Positions 55,203 to 63,681 of a DNA stretch of 64,000 bases are shown piece after piece. The position numbers and the translations under genes are program-made. The first letter of the stretch is position 1. Each line of letters opens with the position of its first letter. Origin of the DNA: Patescibacteria group bacterium (GTDB lineage Bacteria > Patescibacteriota > Minisyncoccia > Minisyncoccales > RBG-13-36-15); the NCBI GenBank assembly GCA_018609195.1, contig JAHCSE010000004.1, positions 8,474 through 72,473 of the forward strand. Reading direction: 5' to 3'. The notes under the pieces are model-generated. The model did no database searches. It was given only the letters and a program-made list of their open reading frames with translations, and was not told the origin of the DNA.

Positions 55203-55637
55203 ATGGAAAAAGGGTTTACTTTAATCGAAGTCTTACTTGTAGTGGGAGTTTTGGCGATTTTACTTACTCTAGCTATACCCGTTACCATAGATTTTTACAA
55301 AAGCCAGCAACTCGATACTCATACTCAAGGAATTATTCAGACTCTCAGAAGAGCTCAACTAAAGGCAATGTCAATAGAAGAAGATTCAAGTTTTGGAGTT
55401 TTTTTGACGAATGATAACTATATCCTTTTTAGAGGAAATTCTTTTGCTACTCGTGATGCGGCTTTTGATGAAATTTTTGATTTACCAGTGGTTATCACAG
55501 TTCAAGATTCCCCAAAAGACGTTGTTTTTTCAAAATTTGAGGGAAAGCCGAATGCCATAGGTAGCATTATACTAAGTAACGATGGCTTAATTCAAGTGAT
55601 AAATATTAATGAGATAGGGAGAATAAATTTAGAATAA
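55203..55637 (+). CDS. minor pilin / pseudopilin (GspH/FimT-like)
   Basis: 144 aa. MEKGFTLIEVLLVVGVLAILLTLAIP. Confidence 0.7.
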   Translation: MEKGFTLIEVLLVVGVLAILLTLAIPVTIDFYKSQQLDTHTQGIIQTLRRAQLKAMSIEEDSSFGVFLTNDNYILFRGNSFATRDAAFDEIFDLPVVITVQDSPKDVVFSKFEGKPNAIGSIILSNDGLIQVININEIGRINLE

Positions 55638-55639
55638 CA

Positions 55640-56485
55640 ATGAATAGGGGGCAGTCTTTAATTGAATTATTGGTTGCGATTGGAATTTTTGTCATAGTAG
55701 TGAGCGTTTTGATTTTTTTAATTCTTAATAGCTATGTCACCGGCCGCTTGGCTTCAGAAATAACTATAGCCAATTTTTTTGCCGAAGAGGGATTGGAGGC
55801 AGCAAGATCAATTAGAGATAGAAATTTCGCTGGCCTCACAAATGGAAATCATGGGTTAATAATTTCTGGAGGAAATTGGCAATTTTCTGGCCAATCTGGG
55901 GTAATTGATGGAAAATTTACCAGAGCTATCAAGGTAGACGAGATTGATCCTAATCGAAAAAAAATAACCTCTCAGGTCACTTGGCAATTTACTGAAGCAA
56001 GGCCCCAGGAAATTACATTGGTTACCTATCTAACCAATTGGCAAATAGGTTTAGAAATCCGAAAACCCACTGTCTTTACTGATATAGCGAAAGCTACCAC
56101 TGATCCTACTAATGCCTTTGATTACCCTGACGGAGTCACCTTTGCGACTACTGACTACGGAGCAATTTCCGATCCTTCGATCACCTTCCATACCTGGGAA
56201 ACACCAACTCAGACTTATAATAGTTTAGTTCTCAAATATCGTTATCATGTAGATTCAGCTACTGATGATACCTATGCTGTTGCCTATTCAACAGATTCAG
56301 GTTTGAATTGGGTTGACTTAATTTCCCCAACTTCAGTTGGAGCTAGGGATACCACTATTTTAGTTGATCTTTCTCCTTCTCAAGATTTATCCTTCCTGCA
56401 AGTAAAAATCTATACAACAAAGATGAAGAAGCCTGATAAGAGAAACCTTTATACGAGAGATATCTGGACTGAAGGCAATTTTTAA
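55640..56485 (+). CDS. minor pilin with extra C-terminal domain (shared with next gene)
   Basis: 281 aa. NRGQSLIELLVAIGIFVIVVSVLIF. A C-terminal region of about 140 aa is homologous to the C-terminus of 56491..57441. Confidence 0.65.
   Translation: MNRGQSLIELLVAIGIFVIVVSVLIFLILNSYVTGRLASEITIANFFAEEGLEAARSIRDRNFAGLTNGNHGLIISGGNWQFSGQSGVIDGKFTRAIKVDEIDPNRKKITSQVTWQFTEARPQEITLVTYLTNWQIGLEIRKPTVFTDIAKATTDPTNAFDYPDGVTFATTDYGAISDPSITFHTWETPTQTYNSLVLKYRYHVDSATDDTYAVAYSTDSGLNWVDLISPTSVGARDTTILVDLSPSQDLSFLQVKIYTTKMKKPDKRNLYTRDIWTEGNF
56180..56336 (+). repeat. 157-nt near-identical segment, copy 1 (pairs with 57136-57292)
   Basis: atcaccttccata...ccccaacttcag aligns with only a handful of mismatches to the neighbouring gene, while the flanks are much more diverged. 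Confidence 0.85.
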
Positions 56486-56490
56486 TTTTT

Positions 56491-57441
56491 ATGAAGGGAT
56501 TCACCTTGGTTGAATTTATAATTTATATTACCATTTTAACGACAATTTTGGTTTCAATAACTGGATTTTTATGGCTCGTTGTTTTAGGCAATATTAAAGA
56601 GACTTCCTACCAAGAAATTCAGCAAAATGGTCGTTTTGCCATGACAAAAATAACTCAGGAAATAAAAAAAGCCACAGGGGTAAATCACCCTCTTCCTGGA
56701 AATCCCCCTTCTGATTCTCTTTCCCTATTTATAGCCGATCCTAATTTGAATCCAACTATATTTGATGTCGTTGATGGAAAATTAAGAATTACTCAAGGAA
56801 CTAATACTCCTTTTGAGCTAACTTCTGATCAGGTAATAGTGAGCAATCTCCAATTTACCAATCTTTCTTATTCTGATACTCCAGGAATAATTCGAATAGA
56901 AATGACTGTCGATCATGTCAATCCTGGCAATAGAGGGGAATATCAGGCTTCAATTGATTTAACTTCAAGTATATCTTTAGTTCCAGGAGGAGCAGTTACT
57001 CCTCCTTTTGAAATCCTGAGGCCAACTGCCTTTAATGATGTAGCGAGAAGAACTACTAATCCAGAATTAGCCTTCGATGAACCTAATGGAACTACTTTTG
57101 CCACTACTCAATACGGAGGTAAAGCCGACCCTTCTATCACCTTCCATACTTGGGAAACACCAACTCAGACTTATAATAGTTTAGTTCTCAAATATCGTTA
57201 TCATGCAGATTCAGCTACTGATGATACCTATGCTGTTGCCTATTCAACAGATTCAGGTTTAAATTGGGTTGACTTAGTTTCCCCAACTTCAGCGGGAGTA
57301 TCAGATACGACTGTTTCTGCTATCCTTTCTCTTGCTCAGGACTTATCTCAACTCCGAGTCAAAATCCATACTCGCCAGACCAAAGGTCCAGATAACAAAA
57401 ATCTTTATACCAGAGATATTTGGACAGAGGGCACCTTCTAA
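56491..57441 (+). CDS. minor pilin with extra C-terminal domain
   Basis: 316 aa. MKGFTLVEFIIYITILTTILVSITGF. C-terminal domain DPSITFHTWETPTQTYNSLVLKYRYH.DSATDDTYAVAYSTDSGLNWVDL. Confidence 0.65.
   Translation: MKGFTLVEFIIYITILTTILVSITGFLWLVVLGNIKETSYQEIQQNGRFAMTKITQEIKKATGVNHPLPGNPPSDSLSLFIADPNLNPTIFDVVDGKLRITQGTNTPFELTSDQVIVSNLQFTNLSYSDTPGIIRIEMTVDHVNPGNRGEYQASIDLTSSISLVPGGAVTPPFEILRPTAFNDVARRTTNPELAFDEPNGTTFATTQYGGKADPSITFHTWETPTQTYNSLVLKYRYHADSATDDTYAVAYSTDSGLNWVDLVSPTSAGVSDTTVSAILSLAQDLSQLRVKIHTRQTKGPDNKNLYTRDIWTEGTF
57136..57292 (+). repeat. 157-nt near-identical segment, copy 2
   Basis: See 56180-56336. Confidence 0.85.
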
Positions 57442-57458
57442 TAAATGAAAAATTTAAA

Positions 57459-57926
57459 ATGAAAAATGAAAAATTAAAATCCTTTGGCCCTCAGTCTTTC
57501 AGATTCAGACTTCAGAAAGGTCTTACCCATCCAAATTTTGCGAAGCAAAACTCGGATGGGTTTATTGCCCTAATAACTATTTTAATAATTTTGGGTGCGG
57601 TTTTGTTAATTAGTTTGGGAATTTCTCAGCGTTCCTTTGGTGAAATTCAGATGAGTTTACAAAAATCACAGTCCTCCCAGGCATTTTATTTAGCCAATCT
57701 TTGTGCGGAAGATGCTTTAATGAAATTGAAAGAAGATAGTAATTATTTAGGGAATGAGACTATTACTATTGGAGAGGAATCTTGTCAGATTTTACCAATT
57801 GAAGGCCAATGGACAGTTAAAGTTTCAGCCAATTTTCAAAATCAAATAAGAAAAATAAAAATCGTTATCAGCCAAGTTAATCCAAAAATGATTATTGGTT
57901 CTTGGCAAGAGGTACCTGATTTTTAA
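57459..57926 (+). CDS. PilX-like protein with repeat-encoded N-terminal extension (start uncertain)
   Basis: Hydrophobic segment GFIALITILIILGAVLLISLGIS. The only in-frame starts (TTG 57420, ATG 57459) lie upstream of a word-repeat and of the 37-nt palindrome at 57525-57561. Confidence 0.45.
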   Translation: MKNEKLKSFGPQSFRFRLQKGLTHPNFAKQNSDGFIALITILIILGAVLLISLGISQRSFGEIQMSLQKSQSSQAFYLANLCAEDALMKLKEDSNYLGNETITIGEESCQILPIEGQWTVKVSANFQNQIRKIKIVISQVNPKMIIGSWQEVPDF

Positions 57927-57928
57927 AA

Positions 57929-59017
57929 ATGTTTAATTTTTTTAAAAAACCAACTTTTGGATTAGATATTTCAGATTACTCTATTGAGATAATTTCTTTG
58001 GAAGGAACGGTTGAAAAACCTAGACTTTCGGCTTTGGGAAGAGAAATCTTAGAGCCAGGGATTGTTGAGGATGGTAAGATTCTTGAAAAGGAGAAGCTGG
58101 AAGTTATTCTCAGGGCCTTATTAGAAAAACTCAAATTTGGTAAAATCAAGACAAAGAAATTAATTTTTGCTCTGCCTGAGTCAAAAACTTTTCTTCATTT
58201 TTTTGAGTTGCCCGAAGTTTTGGAAAAAGAAAGAATTGAGAAAGAAATCAAATTACAGGCTATGCACACTTTCCCTTTTCCCTTGAAAGAGCTCTATTTT
58301 GATTTTAAAGTGGGAGACAAAGAAGTTCTTTTAGTAGCTGCCCAAAAAGATATAGTTGATGATTATTTGGAAGTATTTAAAAATGTAGAAATCCAACCAA
58401 TAGCCCTGGAAATTGAATCAATAAGTTTGGCTCGATCTCTCATCGGAAATCAGAAGGAAACTATTTTAATTGCTGATATCGGTGCTCGAACAACCAATTT
58501 TAGCCTTTTTGACCAAAATCGTCTCAGGCTTAGTATTTCAATTAATATTGCTGGAGATAGATTTAACCAGGCCTTAATGGAAAAATCAAATATTTCCTTC
58601 CAAGAGGCTGAAAATCTTAAAAAAGAAATTGGCCTTGATCCAGAGAAAAAAGAGGGAAAGGTTTTTTTAATCTTACAGAAAGAGATTCAGGAGATAATAG
58701 CCGAAATTAAAAAAATTGCGGATTATTTTCAAAATAAAACTGGGAAAAAGATTGAAAAAGTAATTTTGGCTGGGGGGTCAGCTATCCTTCATCATCTCCC
58801 GGAATATTTGGCTGAAAATTTGGAAAAACCAGTTTCAATTGGCGACCCCTGGGAAAAAATAAATATCGATATTTTAAAAGAGAAAGAATATTTTGAGAAA
58901 GCTTTAGAAATTAACCCAATTTTATATGCCACAGTCATTGGTTCTACCCTGCGGGGATTAACAAAAGAACCAGAAAAAGCGGGAATAAATTTGTTGCCAA
59001 GAGAGAGAAAATTTTGA
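57929..59017 (+). CDS. pilM: type IV pilus assembly protein PilM (actin-like ATPase fold)
   Basis: 362 aa. GLDISDYSIEII, IADIGARTTNFSLF, ILAGGSA phosphate and adenosine motifs of the PilM/FtsA-like family. Confidence 0.85.
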   Translation: MFNFFKKPTFGLDISDYSIEIISLEGTVEKPRLSALGREILEPGIVEDGKILEKEKLEVILRALLEKLKFGKIKTKKLIFALPESKTFLHFFELPEVLEKERIEKEIKLQAMHTFPFPLKELYFDFKVGDKEVLLVAAQKDIVDDYLEVFKNVEIQPIALEIESISLARSLIGNQKETILIADIGARTTNFSLFDQNRLRLSISINIAGDRFNQALMEKSNISFQEAENLKKEIGLDPEKKEGKVFLILQKEIQEIIAEIKKIADYFQNKTGKKIEKVILAGGSAILHHLPEYLAENLEKPVSIGDPWEKINIDILKEKEYFEKALEINPILYATVIGSTLRGLTKEPEKAGINLLPRERKF

Positions 59018-59087
59018 AATTTGAGCTTAATAAAATGGAAAATGTATTAAAATCTAAAAATTATAAGTCGACTTTAAACATCACTTA

Positions 59088-59124
59088 GTTTTCCACAGGA
59101 CTTTAATTTAGGAGTTGCTATAAT
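59088..59124 (+). promoter_or_regulatory. pilin promoter region (same boxes as 5586-5623)
   Basis: GTTTTCCACAG (59088-59098) and GCTATAAT, with TATAAT at 59119-59124. Confidence 0.45.
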
Positions 59125-59145
59125 AAAATAAAAACAGAAAGGTCG

Positions 59146-59193
59146 ACCCATTCGACAAGCTCAGGGTCGATGCTGAGCTAGTCGAAGCATCGA
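59146..59193. repeat. GC-rich palindrome inserted in the pilin 5' leader
   Basis: TTCGACaAGCTCAG-ggtcgatg-CTGAGCTaGTCGAA, flanked by TCGA at 59143-59146 and 59190-59193. Absent from the paralogous leader at 5640-5683. Confidence 0.75.
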
Positions 59194-59223
59194 ATTTAAA
59201 TCTTACATTCAATAAAAACCAAA

Positions 59224-59712
59224 ATGAAAATTTCCAGTAAAAAGAAAGGCTTCACCTTGATCGAACTTTTGATTGTCATTGGAATTATAGCAGTCTTAGT
59301 TGCAATAGCTATTGTAGCAATTAACCCTGCTCGACAATTTGCCAAAACCAACAATGCCGTACGCTTTGCAGATGTTAATACTACCTTGAATGCTGTTTCC
59401 CAGAATGTTGTGGACGGGAGAGGAATCTGGACTTGTCCTGAGGTCCTTCCTACAACAGCTGAACCAATAAAAGCAGATGATGCAGATCCACTTACTGACG
59501 AAGCCGATATTTGTGATTGTCTTGTCCCAACATATATTGGCTCCATGCCTTCAGATCCCACCGCTGGTGTTGCACCAACTACGCCGCCTTGTACTGGCTA
59601 TGATACTGGTTACACTATTTCCCAAGATGCCACTACGGGCCGAGTGACTATCGTTGCTCCCAGTGCTCAGTCAGAAAACGGAGCTGCTCCAATAATTTCA
59701 GTTACCCGCTAA
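59224..59712 (+). CDS. type IV (major) pilin, locus 2
   Basis: 162 aa. KKGFTLIELLIVIGIIAVLVAIAIVAINP. Confidence 0.85.
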   Translation: MKISSKKKGFTLIELLIVIGIIAVLVAIAIVAINPARQFAKTNNAVRFADVNTTLNAVSQNVVDGRGIWTCPEVLPTTAEPIKADDADPLTDEADICDCLVPTYIGSMPSDPTAGVAPTTPPCTGYDTGYTISQDATTGRVTIVAPSAQSENGAAPIISVTR

Positions 59713-59781
59713 AGTATTCTTCCAATAAAACTAAAAAAGTCCTTCAAAATAGGGAAAGCCCTTCTCGATATAGTTTTTCCA

Positions 59782-59806
59782 AAGCGGCGGCTTTGCCGCC
59801 GCTTTT
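59782..59806 (+). terminator. rho-independent terminator after pilin
   Basis: AAGCGGCGG-ctttg-CCGCCGCTT followed by TTTT. Confidence 0.8.
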
Positions 59807-59808
59807 AG

Positions 59809-59836
59809 TTGAAAAAAATTTTAAAGAATCTATAAT
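59809..59836 (+). promoter_or_regulatory. candidate lemA promoter
   Basis: TTGAAA (59809-59814), 16 nt, TATAAT (59831-59836). Confidence 0.5.
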
Positions 59837-59929
59837 AGAAGTAATTCTACCTTAAACGTGGACAGTGGGGCTGTGGTAGATAATAAGTAAAAGGTCGATT
59901 AAATATTTCTTAATAATAATTACAAAATT

Positions 59930-60559
59930 GTGGAAGCAATTTTTACGATCCTTATTGCCTTAACCATTATTGTTTTGTGGGTAAGCGGCCTTTTTGGGAA
60001 AATTAGTTGGGCGATTAATTTACCGGTAATCGGCCTTTTGTTAATCTTTTGGCTTGTTTTTCTTTATAATACCTTGGTTAAATTAAGAACGAGAGTGAGG
60101 GAAGCTTGGGCAGATATTGATGTCCAGTTGAAAAGGAGATATAACTTAATCCCAAATTTAGTTGAGACGGCCAAGGGGTATGCTGCCCATGAAAAAGAGG
60201 TTTTTGAAAAAGTTACGGAAGCTAGAACTAAAGCAATGGGAGCTCAAACCCCAGCTGAGCATACGAAAGCAGAAAATATGTTAACAGGCGCTCTTAAGAC
60301 CCTCTTTGCCGTTTCTGAAAATTATCCTCAATTGCGAGCTTCAGAGAATTTTTTGGAACTACAAAGAGAACTCCGTGATACCGAAGATAAAGTTCAAGCT
60401 GCCAGGAGATTTTATAACAGTAATGTCCGTGAATACAATATCAAAATTCAAAGCTTACCAGATAAAGTAATTGCCAGCCTTTTTAGATTCAAAAGAGAAG
60501 AATTTTTTGAACTAGAAGAGGAAACAGCAGCCAGAGAATCAGTCAAGGTCAAATTCTAA
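59930..60559 (+). CDS. lemA: LemA family protein
   Basis: 209 aa, GTG start. [47 protein letters not shown] is typical of LemA. Confidence 0.85.
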   Translation: MEAIFTILIALTIIVLWVSGLFGKISWAINLPVIGLLLIFWLVFLYNTLVKLRTRVREAWADIDVQLKRRYNLIPNLVETAKGYAAHEKEVFEKVTEARTKAMGAQTPAEHTKAENMLTGALKTLFAVSENYPQLRASENFLELQRELRDTEDKVQAARRFYNSNVREYNIKIQSLPDKVIASLFRFKREEFFELEEETAARESVKVKF

Positions 60560-60684
60560 ATCCGAAATTCTAAATTCTAAACAAATTCCAAATTCGAAAT
60601 CACAAATTCTAAACCGTTTGAGATTTGGGAAATTGGGGTTTAGATATTGTTTAGGATTTCGTGCTTAGGATTTAGGATTTTAGG
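60556..60684. repeat. AT-rich word-palindrome element, copy 2 (lemA-htpX spacer)
   Basis: Shares AAATCCGAAATT, TTTAGATATT and GTTTAGGATTT with copy 1 at 26066-26192. Confidence 0.8.
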
Positions 60685-60689
60685 AGGCT

Positions 60690-61586
60690 ATGCCGACGTT
60701 ATATACTCACGCTGAATCAAATATCCGGAAAACCTGGCTTTATTTAACTTTCTTTTTTCTTTTTATTATTGCCTTAGGTTGGCTGATTTCTTATTTTTTA
60801 CAAACTTCATTAATTTTGTGGATAGCTGTTGTTTTAAGCATTCTAATGAGTTTTTTCAGCTATTGGTATTCTGATAAGATTGTTTTGGCAATGGCAAAAG
60901 CAAAACCTATTCAAAAGAAAGATAATCCTGAACTCTATCGAATCGTTGAGAATCTTTCAATCACTGCTGGCCTTCCCCTTCCAAAAATTTATATAATTAA
61001 TGAGGACCAGCCTAATGCCTTCGCTACCGGAAGAAATCCAAAGAAAGCTGTGGTGGTTGTAACTCGGGGATTACTGGAAAGATTAGAAAGAGTGGAACTT
61101 GAAGGAGTTATATCTCATGAATTATCCCATATTGGAAACAAAGACATCTTACTTTCAACGATTATTGTAGTTTTGGTGGGAATGGTAGTTATTATGACTG
61201 ACTTTTTCTTTCGAATTAGTTTTTGGGGAGGAATTGGCGGAAGAAATCGCCAGGGTGGTGGAGTTGTGATTCTGATTGCTTTGGCTCTGGCAATTTTAGC
61301 TCCGCTTTTTGCTATCTTGATTAAATTGGCAATTTCCAGAAAAAGAGAGTTTTTAGCTGATGCTTCAGGAGCTCTTTTGACAAGATACCCAGAAGGTTTG
61401 GCCAGAGCTTTGGAAAAAATTTCTCAAGATCCCAGACCTTTAAAAGTGGCTAACGATGCCACTGCCCATTTATATTTTGCTAATCCCTTTCGGGGAAGAG
61501 AAAAAACCTTCTGGCTCCACAAACTTTTTATGACCCATCCTCCGGTTGAAGAGAGAATTAAAGCCCTTCAGGGGTTAAAAATCTAA
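60690..61586 (+). CDS. htpX: zinc metalloprotease HtpX (M48)
   Basis: 298 aa. HELSHIGN zinc motif, 4 TM helices, AGGAGG Shine-Dalgarno upstream. Confidence 0.9.
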   Translation: MPTLYTHAESNIRKTWLYLTFFFLFIIALGWLISYFLQTSLILWIAVVLSILMSFFSYWYSDKIVLAMAKAKPIQKKDNPELYRIVENLSITAGLPLPKIYIINEDQPNAFATGRNPKKAVVVVTRGLLERLERVELEGVISHELSHIGNKDILLSTIIVVLVGMVVIMTDFFFRISFWGGIGGRNRQGGGVVILIALALAILAPLFAILIKLAISRKREFLADASGALLTRYPEGLARALEKISQDPRPLKVANDATAHLYFANPFRGREKTFWLHKLFMTHPPVEERIKALQGLKI

Positions 61587-61620
61587 AAACTTAAAAATTA
61601 TTTTTAGATTTTTAATTTTT
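61581..61620 (+). terminator. AT-rich terminator hairpin after htpX
   Basis: ATCTAAAAA-cttaaaaatta-TTTTTAGAT followed by ttttaattttt. Confidence 0.55.
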
Positions 61621-61632
61621 TAAATTTTTATT

Positions 61633-62163
61633 GTGCTTTGCCCTTCTTGTAAAATTAATTTAGAAAAAGCCATTTTCTATGGAGTGGAAGTTGATTACTG
61701 TCCAAAATGCCTTGGAATTTTTTTTGAAGAGGAAGAACTCAGATTAGCTAAAGATGAAAAAGATAAGAATTTAACGTGGCTAGATATTGATCTTTGGAAA
61801 GAAAGGGAAAAATTTAAAATTTCTCGGAATCAGAAACTTTGTCCTTTTGATAGATTACCTTTGTATGAAGTGAATTATGGTGAATCCGGTATAAAAATTG
61901 ATCTCTGTAGTTTATGCCTTGGGATTTGGCTGGATCGAGGAGAATTTAAAAAAATTATTGAATACCTGAAACAAAGAAAAGACTACGAAATTTTTAATAA
62001 TTTTATTAAAAAAATAGCTGAGGAATTTTGGGAGATTTTTGTGGGGCCTGAACCCTTAAGAGAAGAAATTTTAGATTTTCTGAAAGTTTTAAAGTTATTA
62101 AGTTATAAATTTGCTGCCCAGCATCCTTTCATTTTTCAGATGATTTCCAGATTGCCAAGATAG
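61633..62163 (+). CDS. double zinc-ribbon protein (TFIIB-type zf pattern)
   Basis: 176 aa, GTG start. Two CPxC...CPKC/CSLC ribbons, each followed by G[IV][FW][FL][DE]..E. Confidence 0.6.
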   Translation: MLCPSCKINLEKAIFYGVEVDYCPKCLGIFFEEEELRLAKDEKDKNLTWLDIDLWKEREKFKISRNQKLCPFDRLPLYEVNYGESGIKIDLCSLCLGIWLDRGEFKKIIEYLKQRKDYEIFNNFIKKIAEEFWEIFVGPEPLREEILDFLKVLKLLSYKFAAQHPFIFQMISRLPR

Positions 62164-62194
62164 ATCCTCCTTACTTGAGACTTTAAAAAACAAG

Positions 62195-62279
62195 GGAGGG
62201 GTGCGCCGAATGGTAAGGCACTGGTTTGGAGAACCAGCGGGAAGAAATTCCCTTGCAGGTTCGAATCCTGTCCCCTCCG
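62195..62279 (+). tRNA. tRNA-Ser (anticodon GGA)
   Basis: Hand-folded: acceptor GGAGGGG/CCCCTCC, anticodon arm CTGGT-TTGGAGA-ACCAG, long variable arm GGGAA-gaa-ATTCCC, T arm GCAGG-TTCGAAT-CCTGT, discriminator G. Confidence 0.9.
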
Positions 62280-62341
62280 CCTTCGCTCGCTGAAGCTTTA
62301 GCGAAGACGAGCTTCGCCTGATAGTTAAATCAAGGAAAAAT

Positions 62342-62770
62342 ATGGATAAACCATTACCTAAAATCGGAGTGGGTATTATTGTAAGGAATGGTGATAAGAT
62401 TCTGTTGCAAAAACGCATCGGGTCTCATGGAGAGAATACATGGTCGTTGCCAGGCGGTCATCTTGAATGGAATGAAACATTAGAAGATTGTGCATGTCGT
62501 GAGGTGCGCGAAGAAACAGGAGTTGAAGTTGGAGAAATAGAATTTTATGCTATTACCAATGATATAATGAAAGAAGAGAACAGGCATTACATTACGATAT
62601 TTCTAGAGGCCAAATACCTTAAGGGTGAGCCACAAATTATGGAAAACCATCGGATGAAAGAAATTGGGTGGTTTAAAGCTAATGATTTACCAAACCCATT
62701 ATTCCTTCCTTTAAAAAATCTGGTGGAAGGCAAAAGCTACCCCGTCAAACAATGGGGAGGAAAGATTTAA
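62342..62770 (+). CDS. Nudix hydrolase (MutT-like)
   Basis: 142 aa. Nudix box GGHLEWNETLEDCACREVREETGV. Confidence 0.85.
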   Translation: MDKPLPKIGVGIIVRNGDKILLQKRIGSHGENTWSLPGGHLEWNETLEDCACREVREETGVEVGEIEFYAITNDIMKEENRHYITIFLEAKYLKGEPQIMENHRMKEIGWFKANDLPNPLFLPLKNLVEGKSYPVKQWGGKI

Positions 62771-62805
62771 GAGTTCAATCTTGATCTTTCGCCAGAGGCC
62801 ATTTT

Positions 62806-63675
62806 ATGCCTATTAATTTCCAAAACATTCTTCAAAATTTAACTCCCTGGTTTTTATCTCATGGGGTAAAAATAATTTTAATTTTAATTGGAGCCTGGCT
62901 CATAAATCGAATTGCTAAAATTTTTATTGCGAAATTAGTTAAAAGTTTTGTCGGGCAAACCTATAAAATTAGAGATGGGCAAGCTTTAGAAAAAAGATCA
63001 AAAACCTTAACAGGAGTTTTAGGGGGAGCGGTAGGCGTAATCATCTGGATAATGGCAGGATTGATGATTATTTCTGAGCTTGGGGTAAATATTGGCCCCC
63101 TTTTAGCTTTAGCTGGAGTGGCAGGATTAGCTTTTGGTTTTGGAGGTCAATATTTAATTCGAGATTTAATCTCAGGTTTGTTTATTATTGTAGAAGATCA
63201 ATACCGAGTAGGAGATGTGGCTTGCGTGGCAGATACCTGCGGACTGGTGGAAGATATAAATTTAAGAAGAACTATTTTGAGAGATTTAGATGGTATAGTC
63301 CATCATGTTCCAAATGGTGAAATAAAAAAAGCCTCTAATTTGTCGAAAGGATTTTCCAGGGTTAATTTAAATGTTGGGATAGCCTATGGTTCAGATCTGG
63401 AAAAGGTGATTAAAGTGGTTAACAAAGTGGGGCAGGGATTGGCTGAAGATCCTCAATGGAAAAAAGATATTTTAAAACCTCCTCAATTTTTGAGAGTAGA
63501 TGATTTTGCAGATTCAGCCATTATCATCAAAATTTTGGGTGATACGAAACCCTTAAGGCAGTGGGATGTAACCGGGGAGCTCAGAAAAAGAATAAAAATT
63601 GCCTTTGATAAAGAAGGAATTGAAATTCCATTTCCGCAAATTACAGTCTGGCCGAGAGGAAAATGGGAAAAATAA
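62806..63675 (+). CDS. small-conductance mechanosensitive channel (MscS family)
   Basis: 289 aa. 3 TM helices, pore helix GLAFGFGGQYLIRDLISGLFII, beta domain YRVGD. Confidence 0.85.
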   Translation: MPINFQNILQNLTPWFLSHGVKIILILIGAWLINRIAKIFIAKLVKSFVGQTYKIRDGQALEKRSKTLTGVLGGAVGVIIWIMAGLMIISELGVNIGPLLALAGVAGLAFGFGGQYLIRDLISGLFIIVEDQYRVGDVACVADTCGLVEDINLRRTILRDLDGIVHHVPNGEIKKASNLSKGFSRVNLNVGIAYGSDLEKVIKVVNKVGQGLAEDPQWKKDILKPPQFLRVDDFADSAIIIKILGDTKPLRQWDVTGELRKRIKIAFDKEGIEIPFPQITVWPRGKWEK

Positions 63676-63681
63676 AGGAGT

